Below, piece after piece: positions 23,182 through 32,656 of a DNA stretch of 64,000 bases (position 1 is its first letter; every line of letters starts with the position of its first letter). A program made the position numbers and the translations under genes. Source of the DNA: Escherichia coli. Its GTDB lineage: Bacteria; Pseudomonadota; Gammaproteobacteria; Enterobacterales; Enterobacteriaceae. The notes beneath the pieces were generated by a model, which was not told the origin of the DNA, did no database searches, and saw nothing but the letters and a program-made list of their open reading frames with translations. The DNA is taken from NCBI RefSeq assembly GCF_036507355.1, contig NZ_AP027877.1, one strand, 5' to 3'.

Positions 23182-23298
23182 AACGGCTCCGCAATACTCT
23201 GGTAAGTTAACTGAGCGTTAATCCTGGCTAAAAACGGCAGAAAAGAGAAGGGGAGAGCGGACGAAGGCGAGCTTCATCCGCTTTAACCGCAGAAATCG

Positions 23299-24765
23299 TT
23301 AAATTTTGAGGGTGTTTAATAGCGCCTGATGCGCGCCGAATTGTACGATTTGTTGCCAGGCTTGTTCGATGGCCTGCACAAAATGCGGGTTATCTGGCAG
23401 ATCATCACCGAAAACTTCACGCAGGGAAAGCAGGGCGGTGACGCGTTGTTCACTGCTGCTGCCCGCAACAAGTTCGCGAATTTTATCGCTAAGCGGATCG
23501 CGAACATCAATGGCATTTCCGGCATCATCAACGCCGCTGACGTAACGCATCCAGCCAGCAACGCCTAATGCCAGCAACGACCAGTCCGTTTCACGCCCCA
23601 GATGTATGCGAATACCTGCCAGCATACGTTGCGGTAATTTCTGGCTGCCATCCATCGCGATTTGCCAGGTCTTATGTTTCAGCGACGGATTAGCAAAACG
23701 TGCAATTAACTTATCCGCATATTGTGTTAAATCGACATCTTTAATTTGCAGTGTCGGCGCTTGCTCATCCAGCATTAATGTTCTGGCGGCATGGCGAAAT
23801 GCGCGATCCTGCATGCAATCACTGATGTGGGCGAATCCTGAGAGGTAACCCAGATAAGCGAGAAAAGAGTGGCTGCCATTAAGCATCCGCAGTTTCATCT
23901 CTTCCCATGGCAGGACATCATTCACCATTTGTACACCTGCGACTTCCCAGGCAGGACGCCCAGCGACGAAGTTATCTTCAACCACCCACTGGATAAACGG
24001 TTCGCAGCTAATCGCGCAGGGATCATTTACCCCCAGATGCTGGCTGATTTCTGCCAGTGATTCGTCGGTTGCAGCCGGAACAATGCGGTCGACCATGGTT
24101 CCCGGAAAACTGACGTGTTCTTTTATCCACCCGGCGAGTTCTGGCGAACGTTTTTCTGCCATTCCCAGCACCGCGTTTTTCACCACATGGCCATTGTCGG
24201 GAATATTGTCGCAGGAGAGCACGGTAAACGGTGTAAGGCCGCGCTCACGGCGGCGTTTCAGTGCTTCGACTAGAATACCTGGCGCGGAGTGAGGTTCTTC
24301 AGGGTTTTGTAGATCGTGAATAATCCGCGGATTGCTGGTGTCGAGTGCACCGGTGGCCGGGTCAATACAATAGCCTTTTTCGGTAATCGTCAGGGAAACA
24401 ATTGCCACCTGTGGCTCGCAAAACTTCTCAATAATTGCCGCTAAGGAATCCAGTTTTGCATTCAGGCATTCGTGAACGGCACCGACAATTATCGCCTGAT
24501 TGCCGTCCGCCCCTTTCTCCAGCACGGTGTATAAATGGTTCTGTGCGCGGAGCTGGCTCATCAGTTGATCACCGCTGAACAAGCTGATTTCACAGATCCC
24601 CCAGTCACCGCCCTGGGCATTCAGCACACGATCGGTCAGTAACGCCTGATGTGCGCGGTGAAAGGCTCCAAAGCCAAAATGAACGATACGTGATTGCAAC
24701 TGCTGGCGATCGTAGCGTGGAGCGTGTACATGATGCGGGAGCGTAACGGAGGCGATTGTATTCAT
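23299..24765 (-). CDS. yeiQ: Mannitol-dehydrogenase-family oxidoreductase YeiQ
   Basis: ORF trimmed to MNTIASVTLPHHVH (488 aa). Long-chain mannitol/fructuronate reductase family. Confidence 0.9.
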   Translation of the reverse strand: MNTIASVTLPHHVHAPRYDRQQLQSRIVHFGFGAFHRAHQALLTDRVLNAQGGDWGICEISLFSGDQLMSQLRAQNHLYTVLEKGADGNQAIIVGAVHECLNAKLDSLAAIIEKFCEPQVAIVSLTITEKGYCIDPATGALDTSNPRIIHDLQNPEEPHSAPGILVEALKRRRERGLTPFTVLSCDNIPDNGHVVKNAVLGMAEKRSPELAGWIKEHVSFPGTMVDRIVPAATDESLAEISQHLGVNDPCAISCEPFIQWVVEDNFVAGRPAWEVAGVQMVNDVLPWEEMKLRMLNGSHSFLAYLGYLSGFAHISDCMQDRAFRHAARTLMLDEQAPTLQIKDVDLTQYADKLIARFANPSLKHKTWQIAMDGSQKLPQRMLAGIRIHLGRETDWSLLALGVAGWMRYVSGVDDAGNAIDVRDPLSDKIRELVAGSSSEQRVTALLSLREVFGDDLPDNPHFVQAIEQAWQQIVQFGAHQALLNTLKI

Positions 24766-24941
24766 AGGAGTCACGTCTTAGTAACGATTAATTAACAATG
24801 ACAGTGTAAAGTTATATGACAGCAATTGAAATTGGTCTGGATTGTTAATGCGATGAAGTGTGAGGGCGATCAATCAACGAGTGAAAATTGCGGGCATAAG
24901 GTGTTCAGGAAGCGCAAAATAGAAGATTGGTATAATAAATT

Positions 24942-24970
24942 AAAAAAGGGACAGCCTGAGCTATCCCTTT
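24942..24970 (-). terminator. yeiP intrinsic terminator
   Basis: Imperfect stem GGGACAGC/GCTATCCC with a 4-nt loop. The AAAAAA on the + strand gives a U-run on the - strand. Confidence 0.7.
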
Positions 24971-24987
24971 TCTGCATGCGGCTGAAG

Positions 24988-25560
24988 TTAGTCAGCACGC
25001 CCCATATAACGGCGTTCTTCGATATGGATACGAATTTTTTCGCCCGGGCTTAAGTATTCTGGTACCTGAATCACCAGACCAGTGCTCAATGTCGCCGGTT
25101 TGTTACGGGCGCTGGCAGATGCCCCTTTGATGCCTGGTGCGGTTTCAACGATTTCCAGATCAACGGTCTGCGGCAGCTCAAGCGCCAGCAGTTGACCGTC
25201 CCAGGTCAGCACCTGCATGTCCGGCATGCCGCCTTCTGGCATAAACAGCAACTCTTCTTCAATCTGATCTTTGGTGAAGGTATACGGGGTATAGTCTTCT
25301 TTATCCATAAAGACATATTCGTTACCATCGACATAGGAGAAGTCAACGTAACGGCGGGTCAGCGTCACGGTGTCAACGATATCATCACCTTTGAAACGCT
25401 CTTCTACTTTCAGCCCGGTACGGACATCAGAAAAACGCATTTTGTACAGCGTAGCGGCACCGCGGGCAGTGGGCGACTGAATATCAATGTCCTTAACCAG
25501 CAGCAGTTTGCCGTTGTAATTCAGTACCATACCTTTTTTAATTTCGTTCGCTCTTGGCAT
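24988..25560 (-). CDS. yeiP: Elongation factor P paralogue YeiP (EfpL)
   Basis: The 275-aa ORF is trimmed to [30 protein letters not shown] (190 aa). Three-domain EF-P fold family. Confidence 0.93.
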
Positions 25561-25714
25561 CGAAAAATTCCTGTAGTCGAAAATGTCAAAAATATCGCGA
25601 CAAAGTACTCGCGACGGGCCTTTCGGGCAAGTGGTATTCGCACTTTTGCTGGTGCAAAAAAGGTGGTACTGTGCGCGCTCATCAATCCGGTGGTTAACCT
25701 TAAGAGAACAACGT

Positions 25715-25969
25715 ATGGAATGCCGTCCGGGTTGCGGGGCGTGTTGCACTGCCCCTTCAATTTCCAGCCCTATTCCCGGTATGCCAGATGGCAAGCCCGC
25801 CAATACGCCCTGCATTCAGCTTGATGAACAGCAACGCTGTAAAATTTTCACCTCGCCACTGCGGCCGAAAGTCTGTGCAGGCTTACAAGCCAGCGCTGAA
25901 ATGTGCGGTAACTCGCGTCAGCAGGCAATGACCTGGCTTATCGATCTGGAAATGCTGACCGCGCCTTAA
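25715..25969 (+). CDS. yeiW: UPF0153 Cys-cluster protein YeiW
   Basis: The 128-aa ORF is trimmed to [22 protein letters not shown] (84 aa). CxxCxxCC motif. Confidence 0.85.
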
Positions 25970-27147
25970 ACATCTTTAATCCGCAGTAAGCAAAACAGAG
26001 TGGCGATAATCATCACCATCGCAAACCAGAACACAGCGTGATAATTCCAGATCTCGGCGACGATGCCCGCTACAGATCCTGCGATGATCCAGCCCACGCG
26101 CGACGTGTTGGTATAGAGCGTGGTGGCTGAACCTGCCTGACCGGGCATCAAATCCTGAAAATAGAGCATCCCGATGCCGCCCAGAATGCCAATAAAAATA
26201 GCATTTAGCAGTTGCAAGCCCAACAGAATGGCAGGTGAATGCGCCATCAGCATTCCTGCGTAAAAACAGACGCCACCCACGGCAGCAACGCGCATTAAGA
26301 AACGCTTACCCAGACGTTTGGCAAAATATCCGGCAATCAACATGGTCGGGATTTCCAGCCCGGCGGCGGTCCCCATCATTACGCCTGCCAGTTTCTCGGG
26401 AAGATGCAGTTCGTTGATTATAAATAGCGGCATGTTGATGATGTACAGACTGTTCGAGCCCCACATCAATGTACAAATGACAAACAGCAGCAGCGTATCG
26501 CGACGGTTACGGCGCGGCGCTTCAAGCGTGCCGGTCGCCAGCGGAAGCTCTTTTTGCATCGACGGTAAAAACAGCCACACCATCACGCCGCAAACAATAA
26601 ATGCTACCGCTGCGCTCAGATACATTACCGTAAAGCTGAACCCCATCGCTAAGGCATAAGCCAGCGGTGGGCCAATGACCCATGCCAGTGAAACCTGAGC
26701 GCGTAAAAAAGAGCTGAACATCACCGCCTCACGTCCGGTTTTGTCGGCATGTTCACGGGCAAGGGCAAACATTTGCGGGTTAGCGGTCGAGCCAAAGCTG
26801 CTAAGAAAGACGCCAACGAATAGCAAAACAAAGTAGTTGCGATTCCAGGCAAAAAGGGTGCAGGCCAGCACGCCTAACAGGCAGCAAAAGACAATCAGCG
26901 ATTTGCGATCGCCGCGCTTATCAGAGCGCCCGGCGAGAAACTGACTCACCAGAATCCCAATGACAGCGCTGCCGGTAAAGAAGAATCCCACCATCGCCGG
27001 ACGGGCATGTACTTCATCGGTAAGAAAAATACTGAGTGTCGGGGTTTGCAGAGCGCCCGCAATACCGGTGAGAAAGGCAACGATTAAAAACGCCGTCGAG
27101 GTCAGGTCAAACGATTTCGCGCTGGAGACTGCGGGGGAGTTATGCAT
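25966..27147 (-). CDS. setB: MFS sugar efflux transporter SetB
   Basis: 393 aa, 12-TM MFS. Recognised as the K-12 sequence. Confidence 0.93.
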
Positions 27148-27412
27148 GCTGGTCGATCACTGGAAGAGGAAGACGCGGAGTTTACGCTGCTTGTCAGAAA
27201 ATAAACAGACAGCGAAATCAAAAGCGCCACGAATAATCAAAATGCCATTTCACTGTTGCTGATTGGCTGCTGACGCTGCTGAAATGAAATTGCTGATAAC
27301 GGATTTTCCCATCAGCAATTAGGAAAAATGACAAAAAATTGTGCAGCACATCAAACTTTTGCTCATAACTTTACGGCTTTCCTTGCGTGCTGAAACAGAA
27401 GTATTATGCTTT

Positions 27413-27428
27413 CTTGAAACGTTTCAGC
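27413..27428. promoter_or_regulatory. Cra (FruR) operator, distal
   Basis: CTTGAAACGTTTCAGC contains the palindrome TGAAACGTTTCA, matching the Cra consensus GCTGAAnCGnTTCA. Confidence 0.8.
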
Positions 27429-27479
27429 GCGATCTTGTCTTTAACCCTAAGCCAGGTTGGCGCTTTTTTTCTCATAGAA

Positions 27480-27500
27480 GCTGAATCGTTTCAATTCAGC
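27480..27500. promoter_or_regulatory. Cra (FruR) operator, proximal, in the fruB leader
   Basis: GCTGAATCGTTTCAATTCAGC lies immediately upstream of the fruB RBS AGAGGAG. Confidence 0.8.
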
Positions 27501-27514
27501 AAGAGAGGAGAACT

Positions 27515-28645
27515 ATGTTCCAGTTATCCGTACAGGACATCCATCCGGGCGAAAAGGCCGGAGACAAAGAAGAGGCGATTCGCCAGGTCGCTGCGGCGCT
27601 GGTGCAGGCCGGTAATGTAGCAGAAGGCTACGTCAATGGCATGCTGGCGCGCGAACAGCAAACCTCAACGTTCCTCGGCAATGGTATTGCTATTCCACAC
27701 GGCACTACCGACACCCGCGATCAGGTGCTGAAAACCGGCGTTCAGGTATTTCAGTTCCCGGAAGGCGTCACCTGGGGTGACGGTCAGGTAGCGTACGTAG
27801 CGATCGGTATTGCTGCCAGCTCGGATGAGCATCTGGGCCTGCTACGCCAGCTGACCCACGTACTGAGCGATGATTCCGTTGCTGAACAACTGAAGTCAGC
27901 AACAACAGCAGAAGAACTTCGCGCATTGCTGATGGGCGAAAAGCAGAGTGAGCAGTTGAAGCTCGACAACGAAATGCTGACGCTGGATATCGTCGCCAGC
28001 GATCTGCTGACTCTTCAGGCGCTGAACGCTGCGCGTCTGAAAGAAGCGGGGGCAGTTGACGCCACTTTCGTCACCAAAGCCATCAATGAACAACCGCTGA
28101 ACCTCGGACAGGGCATCTGGCTGAGCGATAGCGCCGAAGGCAATCTGCGTAGCGCGATTGCGGTAAGCCGTGCGGCAAATGCTTTTGATGTGGACGGCGA
28201 AACGGCAGCCATGCTGGTGAGTGTGGCGATGAATGACGATCAGCCCATTGCGGTTCTTAAGCGTCTCGCTGATTTGTTGCTCGACAATAAAGCTGACCGC
28301 TTGCTGAAAGCGGATGCGGCAACGTTGCTGGCGCTGCTGACCAGCGATGATGCGCCGACCGACGACGTGTTAAGCGCGGAGTTTGTGGTGCGCAATGAAC
28401 ACGGCCTGCATGCTCGTCCAGGTACCATGCTGGTCAACACCATTAAACAATTTAACAGTGATATTACCGTGACAAACCTTGATGGCACCGGCAAACCGGC
28501 AAACGGACGTAGTCTGATGAAAGTTGTGGCACTTGGCGTTAAGAAAGGTCATCGCCTACGCTTTACCGCCCAGGGTGCAGATGCTGAACAGGCGCTGAAA
28601 GCAATCGGCGACGCTATCGCTGCTGGTCTTGGGGAGGGCGCATAA
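27515..28645 (+). CDS. fruB: Fructose PTS diphosphoryl transfer protein FruB (EIIA-M-FPr)
   Basis: 376 aa. EIIA(Fru) N-terminus and an HPr-like C-terminus ([10 protein letters not shown]). Confidence 0.95.
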
Positions 28646-29583
28646 TGAGCAGACGTGTTGCTACTATCACCCTTAATCCGGCTTATGACCTTGTTGGTTT
28701 CTGTCCGGAAATTGAACGCGGCGAAGTGAACCTGGTGAAAACCACCGGTCTGCATGCGGCGGGTAAAGGCATCAACGTGGCCAAAGTATTAAAAGACTTG
28801 GGAATTGATGTCACCGTTGGCGGCTTCCTCGGTAAAGACAATCAGGATGGTTTTCAGCAACTGTTCAGCGAGCTGGGCATTGCCAACCGTTTCCAGGTTG
28901 TACAGGGGCGCACCCGAATTAACGTTAAGCTGACGGAAAAAGACGGCGAAGTGACCGACTTCAACTTCTCGGGTTTTGAAGTCACCCCCGCCGACTGGGA
29001 ACGCTTTGTGACTGATTCTCTGAGCTGGCTCGGTCAGTTCGATATGGTCTGTGTCAGCGGAAGCTTACCGTCAGGCGTCAGCCCGGAAGCGTTCACCGAC
29101 TGGATGACTCGCCTGCGTAGTCAGTGTCCTTGCATTATCTTTGATAGTAGCCGTGAAGCGTTAGTAGCAGGTTTGAAAGCGGCACCGTGGCTGGTGAAAC
29201 CTAACCGCCGCGAGCTGGAAATCTGGGCAGGCCGTAAACTGCCTGAAATGAAAGATGTGATTGAAGCTGCGCATGCGCTGCGTGAACAAGGTATTGCGCA
29301 TGTCGTTATTTCACTGGGTGCCGAAGGCGCGCTTTGGGTTAATGCCTCCGGCGAATGGATCGCCAAACCACCGTCAGTCGATGTCGTAAGCACCGTTGGC
29401 GCAGGGGATTCTATGGTTGGTGGCCTGATTTATGGCTTGCTAATGCGTGAATCCAGTGAACACACACTGCGTCTGGCGACTGCTGTTGCAGCCCTGGCGG
29501 TAAGTCAAAGCAATGTGGGTATTACCGATCGTCCGCAGTTGGCCGCAATGATGGCGCGCGTCGACTTACAACCTTTTAACTGA
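28645..29583 (+). CDS. fruK: 1-phosphofructokinase FruK (PfkB family)
   Basis: 312 aa. The TAATG stop/start overlaps fruB. GAGDS motif. Confidence 0.95.
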   Translation: MSRRVATITLNPAYDLVGFCPEIERGEVNLVKTTGLHAAGKGINVAKVLKDLGIDVTVGGFLGKDNQDGFQQLFSELGIANRFQVVQGRTRINVKLTEKDGEVTDFNFSGFEVTPADWERFVTDSLSWLGQFDMVCVSGSLPSGVSPEAFTDWMTRLRSQCPCIIFDSSREALVAGLKAAPWLVKPNRRELEIWAGRKLPEMKDVIEAAHALREQGIAHVVISLGAEGALWVNASGEWIAKPPSVDVVSTVGAGDSMVGGLIYGLLMRESSEHTLRLATAVAALAVSQSNVGITDRPQLAAMMARVDLQPFN

Positions 29584-29599
29584 CAGCAGGAGAGGCATA

Positions 29600-31291
29600 A
29601 TGAAAACGCTGCTGATTATTGACGCTAATCTCGGTCAGGCACGCGCCTATATGGCGAAGACCCTGCTGGGCGCGGCGGCGCGAAAAGCAAAACTGGAAAT
29701 CATCGACAATCCGAACGACGCAGAAATGGCGATTGTTCTCGGTGATTCCATCCCGAATGACAGCGCGCTGAACGGTAAAAATGTCTGGCTGGGCGATATT
29801 TCCCGGGCAGTTGCGCACCCTGAGCTGTTCCTGAGTGAAGCCAAAGGCCATGCGAAACCTTACACTGCGCCGGTCGCTGCGACAGCACCGGTTGCCGCCA
29901 GCGGTCCGAAACGCGTAGTTGCGGTGACTGCTTGCCCGACTGGCGTAGCACACACCTTTATGGCGGCTGAAGCCATTGAAACCGAAGCGAAAAAACGTGG
30001 CTGGTGGGTGAAAGTTGAAACCCGTGGTTCTGTTGGTGCGGGTAATGCAATCACCCCCGAAGAAGTAGCCGCAGCGGATCTGGTGATTGTGGCGGCAGAT
30101 ATCGAAGTGGATCTGGCGAAATTTGCTGGTAAACCGATGTATCGTACCTCTACCGGTCTGGCGCTGAAGAAAACCGCGCAGGAACTGGATAAAGCGGTTG
30201 CTGAAGCAACGCCGTATGAACCGGCGGGCAAAGCTCAAACGGCGACCTCTGAAGGTAAGAAAGAGAGTGCAGGCGCATACCGTCACTTGCTGACGGGCGT
30301 CTCTTACATGCTGCCGATGGTCGTTGCAGGTGGTCTGTGTATCGCGCTTTCTTTTGCTTTTGGTATCGAAGCGTTTAAAGAGCCGGGTACGTTGGCAGCG
30401 GCGCTGATGCAGATTGGTGGTGGTTCAGCCTTTGCGCTGATGGTGCCGGTACTGGCAGGTTACATTGCCTTCTCCATTGCCGATCGTCCGGGTCTCACGC
30501 CGGGTCTGATTGGCGGTATGCTGGCGGTCAGCACCGGTTCTGGCTTCATTGGCGGTATTATTGCGGGCTTCCTGGCTGGTTACATTGCGAAGTTAATCAG
30601 TACGCAACTGAAACTGCCACAGAGTATGGAGGCGCTGAAACCGATCCTGATCATTCCGCTAATTTCCAGTCTGGTGGTCGGTCTGGCGATGATCTACCTG
30701 ATCGGTAAACCGGTTGCTGGCATTCTCGAAGGGTTGACTCACTGGCTGCAGACCATGGGGACTGCGAATGCGGTTCTGCTGGGGGCGATCCTCGGTGGCA
30801 TGATGTGTACTGACATGGGCGGTCCGGTAAATAAAGCAGCGTACGCATTCGGTGTGGGTCTGCTGAGTACTCAAACCTATGGCCCGATGGCGGCGATTAT
30901 GGCGGCAGGTATGGTGCCACCGCTGGCAATGGGTCTGGCAACAATGGTGGCGCGTCGCAAATTCGACAAAGCGCAGCAGGAAGGTGGCAAAGCCGCTCTG
31001 GTTCTTGGTCTGTGCTTTATTTCGGAAGGTGCAATTCCGTTTGCTGCTCGTGATCCGATGCGTGTGCTGCCGTGCTGTATCGTGGGTGGGGCGCTGACTG
31101 GCGCAATCTCAATGGCGATTGGTGCGAAACTGATGGCACCGCACGGTGGTCTGTTTGTTCTGCTGATCCCTGGCGCTATTACGCCGGTACTGGGTTACCT
31201 GGTAGCAATTATTGCCGGTACGCTGGTGGCGGGTTTGGCCTATGCCTTCCTGAAACGTCCGGAAGTGGACGCAGTAGCGAAAGCCGCGTAA
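29600..31291 (+). CDS. fruA: Fructose PTS EIIB'BC component FruA
   Basis: 563 aa. Duplicated IIB domains (TACPTGVAHT) plus the IIC membrane domain. Confidence 0.95.
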   Translation: MKTLLIIDANLGQARAYMAKTLLGAAARKAKLEIIDNPNDAEMAIVLGDSIPNDSALNGKNVWLGDISRAVAHPELFLSEAKGHAKPYTAPVAATAPVAASGPKRVVAVTACPTGVAHTFMAAEAIETEAKKRGWWVKVETRGSVGAGNAITPEEVAAADLVIVAADIEVDLAKFAGKPMYRTSTGLALKKTAQELDKAVAEATPYEPAGKAQTATSEGKKESAGAYRHLLTGVSYMLPMVVAGGLCIALSFAFGIEAFKEPGTLAAALMQIGGGSAFALMVPVLAGYIAFSIADRPGLTPGLIGGMLAVSTGSGFIGGIIAGFLAGYIAKLISTQLKLPQSMEALKPILIIPLISSLVVGLAMIYLIGKPVAGILEGLTHWLQTMGTANAVLLGAILGGMMCTDMGGPVNKAAYAFGVGLLSTQTYGPMAAIMAAGMVPPLAMGLATMVARRKFDKAQQEGGKAALVLGLCFISEGAIPFAARDPMRVLPCCIVGGALTGAISMAIGAKLMAPHGGLFVLLIPGAITPVLGYLVAIIAGTLVAGLAYAFLKRPEVDAVAKAA

Positions 31292-31304
31292 TAAAAGGTG
31301 TGTT

Positions 31305-31329
31305 ACAGGGCAGAATTTTACTGCCCTGT
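31305..31329 (+). other. Stem-loop just after fruA, with no U-tract
   Basis: ACAGGGCAG-AATTTTA-CTGCCCTGT: a 9-bp perfect stem, followed by ATCATTGG. Confidence 0.6.
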
Positions 31330-31446
31330 ATCATTGGATGAGCGCAAAGAGAATGACCGGTTTGTGAATGTAATTTTATGAATTTAAATGGTTTTATCTT
31401 TCAGTAGAAACCTGAAACGTTCATCAAACACTAAGGTTATTTCCTC

Positions 31447-31474
31447 AAGGGCAGATTCTTTTCTGCCCTTTTTT
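31447..31474 (+). terminator. Strong intrinsic terminator 155 nt downstream of the fruA stop
   Basis: AAGGGCAGA-TTCTTT-TCTGCCCTT followed by TTTT. Confidence 0.85.
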
Positions 31475-31612
31475 AGTGTTCATGTTCTGTGCATCCCGTC
31501 ACAAATTCCTCGCTTTTGTAATTCTGGCATTTAATCGCATTTTGTGAGCCTGCTCAAATCTGCCCGCTTTGCCTCTCTGGCGGCAATTTACTTTACGTAA
31601 AACATGCATACT

Positions 31613-31647
31613 ATGAGCACATGTTTAAATATGAACACATGTTTAAA
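31613..31647. repeat. 18-bp-period tandem direct repeat upstream of psuK
   Basis: ATGAGCACATGTTTAAA-T-ATGAACACATGTTTAAA. The two 17-mers differ at 1 position. Confidence 0.8.
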
Positions 31648-31714
31648 CTGTCTTTGCAGTATCTATATTCTTGTGGATTGACAGGGTTGGTAATTTTTTA
31701 CCAGAGGACGTGCT

Positions 31715-32656
31715 ATGCGCGAAAAGGATTATGTCGTAATTATAGGCTCGGCGAATATTGATGTCGCCGGATATTCACATGAATCATTAAATTATGCGGA
31801 TTCAAATCCAGGTAAAATAAAATTTACGCCTGGTGGGGTAGGGCGCAATATTGCACAAAACCTGGCGTTGCTGGGTAATAAAGCCTGGCTACTGAGCGCC
31901 GTAGGCAGTGATTTTTATGGCCAATCGCTGCTAACGCAAACCAATCAATCTGGCGTTTATGTCGATAAATGCCTGATTGTGCCGGGAGAAAATACGTCGA
32001 GCTATTTATCATTACTCGATAATACCGGTGAAATGCTGGTTGCTATAAATGACATGAATATTAGCAACGCTATTACAGCTGAATATCTCGCACAGCACCG
32101 TGAATTTATTCAGAGGGCAAAGGTCATTGTCGCGGACTGTAATATCAGTGAAGAGGCACTGGCATGGATTCTGGATAATGCTGCCAACGTACCCGTATTT
32201 GTCGATCCGGTTTCAGCGTGGAAATGTGTCAAAGTGCGCGACCGTCTAAATCAGATCCACACTCTGAAGCCAAACCGCCTTGAAGCGGAAACACTGAGTG
32301 GGATTGCGCTGTCAGGGCGTGAAGATGTGGCAAAAGTTGCTGCCTGGTTCCATCAACATGGCCTGAACCGACTGGTATTGAGCATGGGCGGCGATGGCGT
32401 TTATTACAGCGATATCAGCGGTGAAAGTGGCTGGTCTGCGCCGATCAAAACCAATGTTATTAATGTTACCGGAGCGGGCGATGCCATGATGGCGGGACTT
32501 GCTTCGTGTTGGGTAGACGGAATGCCGTTTGCCGAATCTGTTCGTTTCGCACAGGGATGTTCGTCAATGGCGCTCTCCTGTGAATACACCAATAACCCCG
32601 ATTTATCGATTGCCAACGTTATATCGTTAGTGGAGAACGCAGAATGTCTGAATTAA
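31715..32656 (+). CDS. psuK: Pseudouridine kinase PsuK (YeiC), PfkB family
   Basis: 313 aa. GGVGRNIA and TGAGDA motifs. Confidence 0.93.
   Translation: MREKDYVVIIGSANIDVAGYSHESLNYADSNPGKIKFTPGGVGRNIAQNLALLGNKAWLLSAVGSDFYGQSLLTQTNQSGVYVDKCLIVPGENTSSYLSLLDNTGEMLVAINDMNISNAITAEYLAQHREFIQRAKVIVADCNISEEALAWILDNAANVPVFVDPVSAWKCVKVRDRLNQIHTLKPNRLEAETLSGIALSGREDVAKVAAWFHQHGLNRLVLSMGGDGVYYSDISGESGWSAPIKTNVINVTGAGDAMMAGLASCWVDGMPFAESVRFAQGCSSMALSCEYTNNPDLSIANVISLVENAECLN

Noticed and set aside
24826-25053. 75-aa ORF between yeiQ and yeiP. Similar intergenic or overlapping ORFs occur at 21357-21668, 27387-27620, 12374-12571 and 34923-35111.
   Set aside because: They use non-ATG or unsupported starts, overlap terminators or neighbouring genes, and have no recognisable domains or RBS.
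29576-30286. 236-aa ORF antisense to fruA. Similar long antisense ORFs occur at 45614-46465 (283 aa, opposite cirA), 41175-41777 (200 aa, opposite yeiH), 25192-25824 (210 aa, opposite yeiP) and 62548-63063 (171 aa, opposite the MFS gene).
   Set aside because: Each lies entirely inside a well-supported conserved gene on the other strand. Their compositions are Arg/Cys/His-rich and low in complexity, as expected for antisense frames of GC-balanced genes. None has an RBS. They are frame-shadow artefacts.
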